Source: Botryllus schlosseri
Lineage: Eukaryota
Direction: 5' to 3'
Length of the DNA stretch: 64,000 nt
NCBI GenBank assembly: GCA_051294905.1
Contig: CM119371.1
Coordinates: forward strand, 35,342,001 to 35,406,000
Shown here: piece by piece, positions 33,684 through 46,493 of the stretch
Numbering within the stretch: the first letter of the stretch is position 1
Layout of the letters: each line of letters opens with the position of its first letter
The notes under the pieces: generated by a model
What the model was told of the DNA's origin: nothing
The model's database searches: none
Seen by the model: the letters and a program-made list of their open reading frames with translations, nothing else
Program-made: the position numbers and the translations under genes

Positions 33684-35739
33684 AATTAGTACTACCATGA
33701 CGTGACGTATTTTCAATTGTGAAGTCACAATTGATTGACAAGTATGGCTCTTTTGGGGTTAAAATGGAAAATATACGGCTAACACGGCTCTTCAGACGAA
33801 AAAGGTTCCCTACCACTGCTATATACAATTCATACAGCACTGTACTGTTGGTTTCCGAAATCGATTTCATGTTTCACTGTGGTGCGATTGTCCGATTGTT
33901 AGCGAAGAGTGATTGAGACTGATTCGATTGCGCCTCACCTGGCTATTGTTTTTCTGCGCGGATATTGTACGTAATAATGCCGAATTTCACATTCCTTGGC
34001 GATTTTGTGGGGGTTCCAGTACTCTAATATTGTGAATAAATTGCTTTTCGGAATCGGTGCTAGAATAGCATTTGATTTATTCCGTTCATTACGAATTCTG
34101 AGCTGCTTACGATTAATTGCAGTGCCACAGGGGAGGTACGACCCGCTCGTGCCTCACATGTGCCCCACCTGTCCTTTCGCGCTATATTTTACTAATACTA
34201 CATGTGAAAATTTGTGATGTTGGATCAAAAATATTCAAACCAAATTATTCATGAACATCAACTTACAAATGTCAATAATCCCTGAAGGTTTCACAATTTC
34301 CTTTACTCATCCTGGCGACAGATGAGGCACTGCCTCACCCGCCTCCCCTGACCGCACGTCACTGGTTGTGCCGATTACTGGGACAGGATGGAAATTTGAA
34401 TACGTGAAGAGCGAAGGCAGAAGTTACAAACAATTTTCACCAAACTGCGCATATCAAGAAATAATTAATTGCAGCAGTGAAGTGTGTTGGAAAAGGTAGG
34501 GCTCCTAAATAATAATTAAACATCTTCCGGCGTACCCGTTGGTATAACGACTTCGTTATATGTTGCTATTTCGTGACCTCTTATCTGCTATGTCAGAAGA
34601 TATTGAAATCGTCCAAAGGTACTAAACTAAAAGACGTATACCATTTCAAATTAGCATTTCTCTACTGGCAAATGCTGTTCCATGCGGGATGAAATTTGTC
34701 TTGTGCGGCTCATATTGTCAGGACAAAAACATTTGGCGCCAGCCATTTAGGCGCCTATCGACAATTAACCATATATGGATTGTATATATATCGAAGTTTT
34801 CTGTCAGCACAAGGGCTTTCCTTTTCGGCCAAGGTCTTCTCGCTGCTGATCGTACTGGCACACTTCTCTGAGTCGCATGTTACATGGCCTTAAACTTTAT
34901 ATGTCTTGGTGCGTCGTGCCGCGGTAATGGCCGACGCCGAAGTGCCCATTTCTATAAATGATGCGGATTTTTGTTGGGGCAGGGTACCCAATAATCAAGA
35001 AATCTGACAACACTATATATTTTTTTTGAATAAGTTGCATAAATTTCCAACAAAATACTCTATGATTTATGGGAATTCTCGAAATATTTGTTGGCCTCCC
35101 TCGAGCTCGCCCCCCATAATTGGGGGTTTGGGATGCGGCAGTTACTGTCCTGGTCCCGACCCAGGGTCGTGCTACTGCGCTAACCGTATACAATCAAAAT
35201 ATACAATATTAAGATTATAACCTAATCCAGTGCTTTTCGACCTGTGTGACGGTTCGCACTAGAGCAAATGAAAAAAATTGCAATGCAAATGACAAAGGTT
35301 GTGCGGATGAGTGCGAATGAAAATCGTGAATAATTGTCAATTTTTTTGACGTGGAATAATTCAAATAAACCTAATAGGAAATTCAAGGGCAGCATAATTG
35401 TTGTAGTTGAGACGCAATTGTATGTTTAACTTACGACGCACCACTAATCGTATCTCCCACAAGCCGTAGTTAATTATTATTTTTGCACTTTAACTACGAC
35501 GTAACCAAAAGTCTGGTTTGGAAGCTGGTGTAGTGGCAGACATGCAGTATATCAGCCCGTCTGAGCCTGCGACAGGCTGAAAAAAATGACGTCAAATTGA
35601 CTTTCTGCTTTCTTTCGCTAAACAGTCATCGTATTTTCATAATAACTGTTCGATTAGCGCGAGGCACGAGGATAGTAGTAAATATCATCATTACAGACTC
35701 ACATTTGCAAGTTACTGCATCGCAAAATTTTACCCGTTC

Positions 35740-36250
35740 ACGATTTATTAAAGTATGAACCGCAAAGGGTATCATTTTGGGTCGACACGGTGCCAGAGCT
35801 ATCTGTTAATATGTATGTACTATTTGTTGAATTTATTGCAAATAATCTTGCGATAGTTTTTACATATACAAGGTCACTGTGTAGGGTATCGTAACCAATG
35901 AGCGAGACACGCAAAAAGTATGACTTTTTCATGAGAATTCATGATAAGATTTGTGCGACTGTTTTTGCTGGAAAACATGGTCGAACACCGTTGAGATAAA
36001 CTAGTGTAGGGGTGAGCAACGAGCGAGTTCAACCTATGAGACTCATTCATTCTGACGCCAACCACTTCTGCGTCGGGGCACGTGAAGTCGTAAAGTTTTG
36101 GCCTACAAATCGCTTATAAAATATGGTCCCAAAAACATAAGCGGCGACTAAACCTTGGTCAAAAAATGACCTATGCTCGCGATGGCCAAATATTTCGATA
36201 TGAATACGCTCCGTTGTCGGCACGGAATAGTCCTGTTCTTGCAATCTGAG
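35740..36250 (-). pseudogene. Heavily decayed hAT (Buster/ZBED5-like) transposase fragment, tentative
   Basis: Broken motifs KWLASE*M, EKVILFAC and SSGTVSTQN resemble LAxESMKP, ExLILPA and LSxxTVxRR. Confidence 0.4.
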
Positions 36251-36934
36251 TAGACAGTAGTTACTGTAGTACAACTGTGACACGCAGAGGAATTTATTTC
36301 ACCATAATTAGAAATCGCGTGCGTCAGACATGTTTTGGAGAGCTGTGTTGGCTATAGAATTGTAGTGTGCGCGTTCTGTATGTCATGCATGTCCGTAAAC
36401 TCGTAATAGCATACTATACTGTAAGGTTAAAATTAATTCCTTTTCATGGGTTAGGCTCGGGTCGCGAGATGCAACAAAAACTCGGATTTTGATGGTAGTC
36501 TAAAAAGCTGCTTTACCGTTATTGTTGCACATCTGCAAAAAATGTTGGTAAGTATCGCGATCTTCTTTTCGTGAAGCAATTTTCGGCTAGTTGGTGCGAA
36601 TGAAATTTAATTTACGACAAAGGTGCGAACGGAGCTCAAAATGGTTGAAAAGCACTGACCTAATCAATATCCTGAATAAATATATCGGAAAAAAGTTAAC
36701 CATGAGTAACTTTATTTGTGATTCGCATTTTATGAATATTTCTACTAAATTTCTCGCTGCATTCATGGGCTGCACATAATGTGGCACGAGCCGCATGCGC
36801 CATGGGAGCAGTAGTTTGCCCATTCCTGGTCTACTGTATTGTGGCAGATTTTTGATTCTATGATTCAGGGAAAATATGGGGTTCCACGAAAGCCTAAGTG
36901 TTCCGCTGGATGGTAAAATTTAAGAACCTCTGAC

Positions 36935-37965
36935 GGGCGATTGGGGGCGAGAACATGCGGAGGAGGCGAAAATATTAGAACGTTCAGTCCTATATATTCA
37001 ACTAACTGGCAACCGAACACCGGAAGAAAATACACGTGAAAATCTGTTTATTCTGAAACCGCCGCTAAAGTTAACTAAAATAAAGGACAACTCGCCACAT
37101 ACTATCTTCCGATAGGCCTACCGTGATTTTCAGGGATCGCCGCGAAAGTTTAACATTTTTGTTTTTATTTTCTTAGTTAGTTTTCAAGCGATCAGAGTTA
37201 ACGGTATAAATTTTCCGTTTATATGTCCTTTCTCGGATCCGAAAATATGGAGGGCGATAAATATATGTCGGGCTGTATAAAGGGTCGATGAGTAGAAAAA
37301 GGTTGGGCACCACTGGTTTGTGTTTTGTATTTTATTGAACCATTTTTGGCGCTTATCACCGATAAGGTCATTTGCGCCCGATCATGAATATTGTCCTTTT
37401 ATTTGGTCTTTTGCTCGTGGTACGATTTTTGCGGACTGGGTCCAGTCACACTCTCATCCGCGTCTTTCACTCTGTCTAGCACGCGTGCTCGTCAGAGTCA
37501 GTTGCAGCCGATTTTCGTAAGCTCGACTTTACTTGCTTCATCTGGGCTTTTCGTACGACACTGGTTTAAAGGATAGTTATTCATTGAAAATTGAACATAG
37601 ATAAACATACCTATGAATAGGGAGATCAAAATAAGTCAAAATTTTGTCAAAATTGTAGCGTTGGGTCAAAAATTGTCAAATTTGTTTAAGAGAAGTCAAA
37701 CTTTTTTGCAACCTGCATTTCGTTTGAAGCGGGATTTTTGCACTGTCGATGATCTTATCATTTGACATTTTACAGTTTGTAGTCAACTTGACATGCCTGC
37801 CGTTGTAGCCGGTACATTGTCTGCTCATTGTGAATCGTAAACGGTCAAATGAAACAAATAGTTTGACATAGTGTTATACTCAACGTACTGAGATATCCTA
37901 ACTGAAGCAAGATTGCGTGGGGATTGGTTCTTATATCAAAAAGGGCATGATGAAAAAGTGTGATG
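36935..37965 (+). repeat. Paralog of the Gypsy-flanking sequence (~9143-9471 + 14069-14770) carrying the empty insertion site
   Basis: ATATGTCGGGCTGTATAAAGGG at ~37263-37284 has a single GGGC. Confidence 0.92.
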
Positions 37966-37970
37966 TAGAC

Positions 37971-40409
37971 CAGTGGTTCTCAACCTTTTTCACCTCGCGG
38001 ACCGGTAAAATTTCAAATAATATTCGGCGGAGCGGTGAGCTTTCAAAAATTGAAATCAACTCAAAACGGGAAGTATGCTACTGTTTTATGCAAGTATATG
38101 ATGCTAGAGAGTGGCATTTTGAGGGGTTTGATTGTAATTAAAGATTTTCATGATGGTATCCATCTGATTATACCGTAGCGGGTCTGCTGAGTCCAGTAAA
38201 ATTGCCTTGACAAAATAAACGTTCTAGCGCCGAGAGTCTTTGACAGTCTTTCGCGCCGAAGGTCATGGATTTCATCGACCACGTTAACTCGAATATTAAT
38301 ATTCTCTTCGACAATATTGAGAGAACAAGCGTCTCGGAGTCGAACCAAGCATCTTGTCGTGCTACCTTGCTCATTGCCCATTACCATCAGTCGTATGTTA
38401 CTCTTGCTATACTATATGAATTAGGAATGGTGTGAACGTGAGGCTCGCGTTCGCATTCTGTGAACCTCGGAAATTTAGAGGTTCACTTTCACAAACTAAC
38501 CTTCGCCGGTACTGGGCAGTGAACCTCTTCCATATATCACAATTTTTCACATCATAACATCATTGGTTGAAATTCCTTGCTTTCTAACTTCGGGCCACTG
38601 TGCATGACGCTGGCAATGTAAAAAATCAACACTAATCGAGCAGGCACCTTGCCAATCTCAAATATTTTACTTGCTTTGATACAATGGTTTGCTCGAAATA
38701 TCCAGCTTTCCGTTTGTGAATATTTAGTGACTCTCTACTTTGAGCATGACCCGCGGTCACGCAACATCAAGAGCGAAAAACGATACATGTAGGTAGTCAG
38801 CGAATCATCCTTCTCATTCCACAAATCAATGAAGTTGATATGAAGAATACAGCACTGTTTACTGTGAAAAATCTAACAGGCGTATGGGACCGATCATTAT
38901 TTTATATGCTTATTGTATCACGTATGGTCATAGGTACACGATTGCGTTCACACAGAACTTTGCAAAAAGATTCTCGTTCACACGAACCTGAACCTATCAG
39001 AGGTTCATACGATCCCTACTACGAATACAGTGCGCCGCACGAAAACACCTGACTACAGCAGTTATATCTGGCCATCCACAAAATCAGGGCCGATCGTCAG
39101 CCTAATTGCCCCAAAACGGTAGTCTTGGGCCCCACAAAGCATGAACCAAACGTCTAGCTAGGAGGCATCGCCACCAGACCCCACAGTTAGTTGGTTGTTT
39201 TCGTCAGGACTTGCGAACACATTCAATGTACTGAGTATAGGCAGATAGTTTTCTATAGGTAATTCACGACTGAATCGGGGTAGCGGGTGGCGCAGTTGGT
39301 TAAACACTGCAGTCACGACACCAATGGTTGCTGGCTCGGGTCTCGGCTCTACCATGTTTCTATGTGTCGGAGGTTTATCTGGACTCCTCATCGCCGATCC
39401 CGCTGTGAATACAGCGCCTTCAAAAGCCCAGAGGAAGAGAGAACCGAACTCTTGAAAGATGGCAGCTAAAGATCACGCTGAAGGAGCAAAAGCAATAATA
39501 CAATAACATTAATGAAATTCATGTACTGGGTGCAATTGACTGTAATAACGATAAGCGCCAATGATGTGTTAATAAAAACAAAAAAACAAACACGACTGAA
39601 TCGGTCAATAAAATTGTTATTTGCATATATATTGCTCTAAATTTGTATACTATCAGAATTATCAGATTTTCCGGTAGAGTTGATTGAGGTGTCGTGTAGG
39701 AAAATTTAGGAAAAGTAATAGATAGTAATTAAACATATTCGGGTGGGCCTGTTGAAATAATTATTTCATTGCATGTCAATTTTTCGTCACCTAATGTCTG
39801 TTATATTGTGACTAGATATTGAAATCACTCAAGCTTACTAAACTAAAGGACGGACACGATTCCAAATTGGTATTTCTTCACTGGAAAATAATTTTACTCT
39901 GGGCTTTGTCAGTTGTGCTGTGGAGGACAGATGGCCAGTTGAGATTAGGTGCCAGCCATTGTGGAGCCTATGGACAATTATACATATATAGGCTACATCG
40001 AACTTTTCACTTAATAAAGGGCAGTCTTTTTCGGTCAAGTTGATCCCACCGGTGAGTTTATCGCAAACTTTCCGGATTCTTATGTTAGCCTAAACTTCAT
40101 TATGTGATGGTGCGTCCCTTCACCAACGAATGAATCGAAAACGAATGATCGCACAAACTTCGCGGATTAGTGAGTCAGCTCGTATTAGTCCTTGCCGATC
40201 ATATTTCGTCAAATGACACGGGTTGAACTTCAAGTCAAATCGAACATGCTCCCAGACCTAATATGTTAATTGCTTCACGACGTTATGAATGAGTTAAAAA
40301 CTTGATATTTATTTTATTTTATCAATGGACAAGTCTTCAACATATTGCATCTTGAAATTTTGTTATAAAATTCCAAAATACCTCGCGAACTGGCGGTTGA
40401 GAACCACTG
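37971..40409 (+). mobile_element. hAT (Charlie-like) element with nested TAGG-ended MITE (~38422-39017) and SINE
   Basis: TIR CAGTGGTTCTCAACC; perfect TSD ATGTAGAC (37963-37970 and 40410-40417); empty sites ATGTTGAC at ~14769 and ~50059. Confidence 0.9.
39279..39590 (+). mobile_element. tRNA-derived SINE, diverged subfamily
   Basis: A-box TGGCGCAGTTGG, A-rich tail, 14-bp TSD CACGACTGAATCGG (39265-39278 and 39591-39604). Confidence 0.85.
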
Positions 40410-41084
40410 ATGTAGACAACATTTTCACGATGAAGAAACACGGTGTGTAACCAGCAGTTTATGCACAACTTCAGTGTGCCAGCCAAGAACTGCTGCTGGT
40501 GAACGCTCTTTCCCCATTCTTGGCAAGCTACTTAGTACAGACAGAGACTTTGTACACGAGAATGTAGGATAATATCATTCGTTGTACTACAACAAATTTT
40601 AATTATTTCCACCCATAATGCGTAATGCAACTACTGGAATTCTTCATAGGTTCAGATTTTTCAAGTCAAAAAGTGTTTTCAGATCGAACTATACGTAAGG
40701 ACAGACATTTCCAACTGGAAATGAAGGTAAGTAGCAAAATTCTAACATCATGTGGGAAAACACCTGATTTACATACATGAAGTCAAAATTTGGTCAAAAT
40801 TAAATTCTTTAAGGTGAAAAAATGTCATAATTTTGATTTTTTAGGTCCAAATCTTCCGTTTTTAGATACAAAAATCGCCCCACCCGTAAAGATCGGTGTC
40901 CTGATGAGCATTGACGGTTTTCACAATTTCATTTACTTGTCCGGATGACAGGAGCGGCAATGCCTCAATTACCTCCCTTGACCGTACGTCACTGACTGGT
41001 ATGTTGGATGGGCTATTTACTGTATCGCCGTTCATCAACTGATTTTGCTTCGTAGTTTTAGAGAAATCAAGAGGTGTAGTATAA

Positions 41085-41665
41085 CACATGATCGCCTGAT
41101 AGCGAGGCAACAATTCCCTTCATGGTCACTGCATCCATAACGGTTCGTGAACCACACTCTGTATTTCAGGAACAGCACATAACCGTGGCCCTCCTCGAAA
41201 GCGAAACGCCACCATCGTATCATTGATAAAATGAGGATATGCGCACCTGTGGATTTAGTAAAAACAAGCCATGATACTTCTTAAATCCCTGGCACGACCA
41301 CATATAGGCTGTGTTTCAACCACGATAATCACAATTTAATATTATACCTGTGAGCCTTGTTCTGTCGTGCGTGTCGTGCTGTAATTTGACACGAGCAGCT
41401 GACGTTGTGCTCTCCGGGTTTCGTCGACGTCGTATAAGGTATTCTCTCATGAATGAAATCACCGAATCAAATAGTTTGGACTCTATCTGTATCATGTCGT
41501 CGGGATGAGAGTAGCGGTTGGCGTCGATAATGAAAGTTATTGTCCCATAATCGTCTAGCATCTCTGCGTGTAACATAGCCTCCTCCAGATGTATACGGAG
41601 TGCTGCATTGTAGATTTACCTGAATGAATGAACCTAATTTCACGAGTAGTTAACACCTAATCATT
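41085..41665 (+). other. Orphan copy of the ZNF-gene downstream block
   Basis: Homologous to ~3765-3980 (after gene A) and ~27905-28505 (after gene B); no fingers upstream. Confidence 0.7.
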
Positions 41666-42174
41666 TAATAGTCTTTGTGAGATGGAGAATTTAAGTTAAC
41701 GCTCTGCAAGTATGAATATTCATATACAGCTTTTGTCAATCGTGTGATTTCAATGTGCGCGGGTATCATATTTTTATGATCTGTATATTACCGCCAAAAC
41801 GTAAGCTTTTGTACACCTAGTTCAAGCATGGTCTGATGAAAGGAAATTTGTAGCGACATCATACGGTTCATTTTATAGCATGCGGCACGTTCTGAAACTG
41901 GTCAGTGGTCATGGTATGACACATCGTGCGTTCGCAACGCTCAATTACCAGTGTTTATTATTATATAATAATTATGGATGTATTTCTCCTGAAATAATTG
42001 TAAAAATGTAAAAATGTAAAAATTGCACATCTCAGGATGTGTATCAGAAATTACCATTACCTGGGTTGTATTGCATTATATATACCTGGTGTTCTTCAAG
42101 TATGGGCCAGCACCGCCCTAAAGCGATTGCTAAAACAGAACGAAACAGAACGAATTCTTCGTGCATGGTTAGTA

Positions 42175-43136
42175 GGGGAGATGTGGTACCGATGGATCAC
42201 TGGGACCGAAAATACTTGAAAAATTCTCCATGATAATTCCATGATGACACTCCGTTAATTTGTCTACAATTACATGCTGACAGAATCTTTCCTCACATGC
42301 AAAAACATTCGACCTGCGTGAGTTATGGGGTCTGTGAAGAATGATTTACGTTTTAGGGGGTGTAAAGTAAATTTGGATCGACATTTGCATTTTTCTATAT
42401 CACCTTTCAGACTAACAAACCCGCCATAATTTTTGATGTGAAGTATAGAGCTTGTATCAGGTTATATAAAGGCACATATTTTTTGAATCAATACCATCCT
42501 CGAGTCGACTATTTTCAAGTCAATTACAATATTTATGGGGTGGGGGACCCATGGTACCATAGCCAAATCAAGAAAAATAGATGGACCAACTAATCACTTA
42601 ACAACAGAAACTCGCCGACATACATATACGCTGTAAATCATAGTTACATGTGGTGTTTCATCGCTACTACGACTTATTTGAAAGTCAAAATGTCGATTTG
42701 CGGGTTATATGTATGTGGCATTAATTTTGTAAGTTTAGGCGTATATCAAAACATGATTTTATGCCAACAATTGAGTTGATATAATCTATTTTATGCTTGA
42801 AGGTCGCGACAAAACATTCTTCATTGGCTAGCTGTAGCTTAGCTTATAGTAGACAACAAAACAAGTTAACAAATTTGAGTTTTTGAGCGTATGTCCCATA
42901 GGTCCCATGGTCGTGTGCCTTTGGACCCACCGGGTGGGGACCGATGACACGTTCGAGCTACAAATTTTAAACGTTTATAAATATTTTTTGAAAAGGCGGA
43001 TATTCATATAAATGTCCGCGATAGGTAGGGCTTGTATCGAAGTGTTGAGAATGCAAATGATCCGCTATTCTCGGCTGAAGATTTGAGGGCCAGAGATCAT
43101 TTTGTAATTTTTGATCCATCGGTACCACATCTCCCC
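42175..43136 (+). mobile_element. TA-targeting MITE, copy 2
   Basis: Same TIRs and TA flanks as 280-1237. Confidence 0.9.
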
Positions 43137-44224
43137 TATACGAACAATTGTACAATTGTACATGTGTGGGGGATTTTTGTTTATACAGTCCTAACTTTTG
43201 CGAGTTTTCAAATCAAGACATGGAAGGTCCTCATAGTACAATTTAGCCCGCAGAGGAAAATAATGCACCATGATTTGAAATCGCTTGCGTCATAAATGTT
43301 CCATAGAACCGCATTGAGTAACCTACATGGTTGTTTACTTCTTTTCTGTTTCATAAACGCGAGTAAATCGATAACATAGTGACAATAAAATGCATTCATG
43401 TTGATGTGTGAGGCTCGGGTCGTGAGATGGAATTTAACTCAGATTTGGGTCGCGGTCTAAAGAGCTTGAGAAGCACCTATATATACTTACGTTCACATAT
43501 TTTATGGAAGACTTTCAACTTCGAATTCCGCAGTGACGAATTTGTTTTTGTACTTTCCATTTCCGAGTGAAAAGGTCTGGGCGAACAGCCCGGGAATTCT
43601 CGCCGAGCCCACGGAATCTGTAATATATTCAAGCATAGTTTCAACGAACTAGTTTGGATAGTCACCGAAAATAAGCAATGATCAACTATAGTCAATGATC
43701 AAGATCAGCGATAGTGATCGCTCATGATTCTTCTGTACAAAGGGTATAGGCTATAATCGGGCGTTTTGATGAGTATAGGATTAAACTCTTTCGAGATGAA
43801 ACAGAAATGGGTGGATTAAGGAAATATAATATAAATAATACAATATAAATTCAAAATGGTCAAAATTTCGATTCAAGATTGCACGACCTTTACTGGTTGG
43901 AATTGACCGAAATAGGGTGTGTAGCGTCTTTTTAGTCAACCTGACGATTTTCTCATCAAGCAAGTGAAATTTGGAAAAATAAAGTTATTTTTGAACAACC
44001 CTAATGACCAACAGAACTCGAGATATATCGTTGTCTGCCGGGTATTCATCCATGCGTTTGACGATAGTCTGCAAGAATTCTCTTTCCAGGTTTTTAGAAG
44101 CGGCCTTGGACGGCTTTAAACATAAGTAATATCCCTCATTTTATTATTCATATACAGAAATTCACTGTACCTATTCATAGAAACAAACAACAACTGCCGT
44201 CTATTATATTTTGTGGCATATTTA

Positions 44225-44662
44225 TAGGCTTACCATATTTTGGAAATCTAAAAAGAGGACACTTTTTCAGAAATTTGAGACTTGCAAAACCGCAGAAGAA
44301 TCCTCAAAAACCGGTGAATTATTTCCACTTTGTAATCGGTTGACTAAAAAAAAAGGTCATCTTTCTGCTCAGAGCTCAAAATACCGTTTTTCTCTCCACA
44401 TTGCTAGGTGGATGACTAAAAAAAGGTCAACTTTTCGCTCAGAGCTAAAATCACCGTTTTTCACTCCGAAATGCCCGCCGGGGCGGCACTTCTGTGCTAA
44501 TTTACGGCATATCACTCGCAATTTGCTCTAAATCTGACCTGGATTTTCAAAAAAGAGGACAAAATCTCAAAAAAGAGGTCAAAAGGGCGTCCTCCGAGGA
44601 CACTTTCAAAAAAGTAAAAAAAGAGGACAAATCCTCTTAAAAGAGGACGTATGGTAACCCTA
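44225..44662 (+). mobile_element. hAT MITE with AAAAGAGGAC subterminal repeats (partial copy ~16976-17244)
   Basis: TIR TAGGCTTACCATA / TATGGTAACCCTA; perfect TSD CATATTTA. Confidence 0.9.
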
Positions 44663-45880
44663 CATATTTAGACGTTATTCATAGTCTCAAGAAGACTACC
44701 GTGAAGCCGCATGCGGCTCTAAGAGGCGCGGCTGGGAATCACTGGTTTAAATGCATATAGTCAAATATTCCTGGACTAGGACTATTGCACCCTATCTTAA
44801 ACATTTGTTCGACCCATGTGAATGAGCTACTTACTAGAAATATTTTTGATTTTCTCAAGTGGGAAGCAGTCTTTGGTTTGATTTTCATCAATGTTACAAG
44901 TGATGTTGTCACTTACAAAACCAGGCGATGTATGTACTGTTTCATAACATCATGGTATAATTCCAAAAATTGAACCAATTTGTGACTGCAGTGTAATTTT
45001 GTGTTGGTCTCGATTTGGTTGAAATTTTTTCCTCTAACCAATTGAACTGCAATTTGCAATAAATGTTCAGTTTTATCAATATAGTTACTAATACCTATGC
45101 TTGTTGGTACATAAAAACCCTATTTTATTTATTATTACCAATTTTATGAGAACTTTGAAAGCACTTGTTTTCATATTCAATAAGTTGGAGTCGGAGCCGG
45201 AGTCGAGAGCATTTTCACAAACTCTCGACTCCGACTCCAGTCAGTATTTTTTCTCAACTCCGACTACAAGGCATGCTAAAAAGAGACCGCGACTCCGACC
45301 CCATCAAGGTAAAATTAGCGAAACTCCGACTCCGACTCCGACTCCACAGCCCTGGTCATGATGCATTCTCTCGCATGATGTCTACAACTCATTATTTTAA
45401 CATAATATGCCCGGTACAAAAACAATTTTATTCAAATATTTGAAAATGTGATTTTTCCGTGCCAAGCGTGAATAGTACAATAGTTAAATACATTTTCACG
45501 CTGTTGGTGGAATGCCTGTCAGCAAGCTCCCGTAAAATAAGGCATACTTGGAAATTATACACTGAGTATCCTTATGTTATTGATGCTGCGACCAGCGGCG
45601 TCATCAAAAACTATGAAATTAGCCCGCGAGCACATTTGAGTTTGAGACGTATGATTCAGTCTAATTAGAGTTTTGGACAACTAGAATTATCTAGCTGCCC
45701 TGTACTACGCATTCGCAATGTCAATAGTCAGTCAATTTTAGGGCGCCTGACATCTGTGGTGGGGTTTAAGAAATGTGTATGAACTCCCGATTTCCCGACC
45801 CTCCATTTCCCAGAAGCTCCATTATTTGTTGTATTTCCCTGCTGCAGACGCACTCATTCTGGTTTGGCATGCACGCACAG

Positions 45881-46493
45881 TAGGGCTGTTCAAAAATAAC
45901 TTTTTTTTCCCGATTCAAGTCGGTCACCTCTTAAATCGTCAGGGTGCAGTAGAAAACCTTGCTCACCAAATTTCACTCGATTCCAACCACTAAAGGCCTC
46001 CGCAGATCCAATTAAAATTTTTAATTTATCGTGGAAAATTGAAAAAAAAAATTTCCAAATTTTTCTGCCAACCCCATGAAATTGTTGAGCTGTCTTCAAA
46101 GACGTTGCAAAACAAATTTGAGTCAATTCCGACCAGTAGATGCGGAGTTATGTGAGTGTTTCGTTGATAAATCGCGGATTATCCATCGATCAAGGATACT
46201 TAAGGATTATTATCGAAAAACTCACATAACTCCGCTTCTACTGGTCGGAATTGACTCAAATTTGTTTTGCAACGTCTTTGAAGACAGCTCAACAATTTCA
46301 TGGGGTTGGCAGAAAAATTTGGATTTTTTTTTTAAATTTTCCATAATAAATTGAAAATTTTAATTGGATCTGCGGAGTCCTATACTAGTTAGAATCGAAC
46401 CAAATTTGGTGTGCAGCGTTTTTTAGGGTAACCTGACCATTTAATCAGTGAATGGCTGGAATCCGAAAAAAAAGTTATTTTTGAACAGCCCTA
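45881..46493. mobile_element. Palindromic hAT-type MITE, older copy of the 62656-63275 family (fragments also ~19900-20190 and ~43780-44003)
   Basis: TAGGGCTGTTCAAAAATAAC ends; TSD ACGCACAG/ATGCACAG. Confidence 0.9.

Larger units (their letters stand above)
30358..33818 (+). mobile_element. hAT MITE expanded by nested insertions
   Basis: Perfect TSD CTATATAC (30350-30357 and 33819-33826); colinear with 21322-22202 once inserts are removed. Confidence 0.88.

Noticed and set aside
41316..41576. HAE motif suggesting an AID/APOBEC-like deaminase
   Set aside because: No downstream PCxxC, and HAE is not retained in the paralogous block at ~28.4 kb
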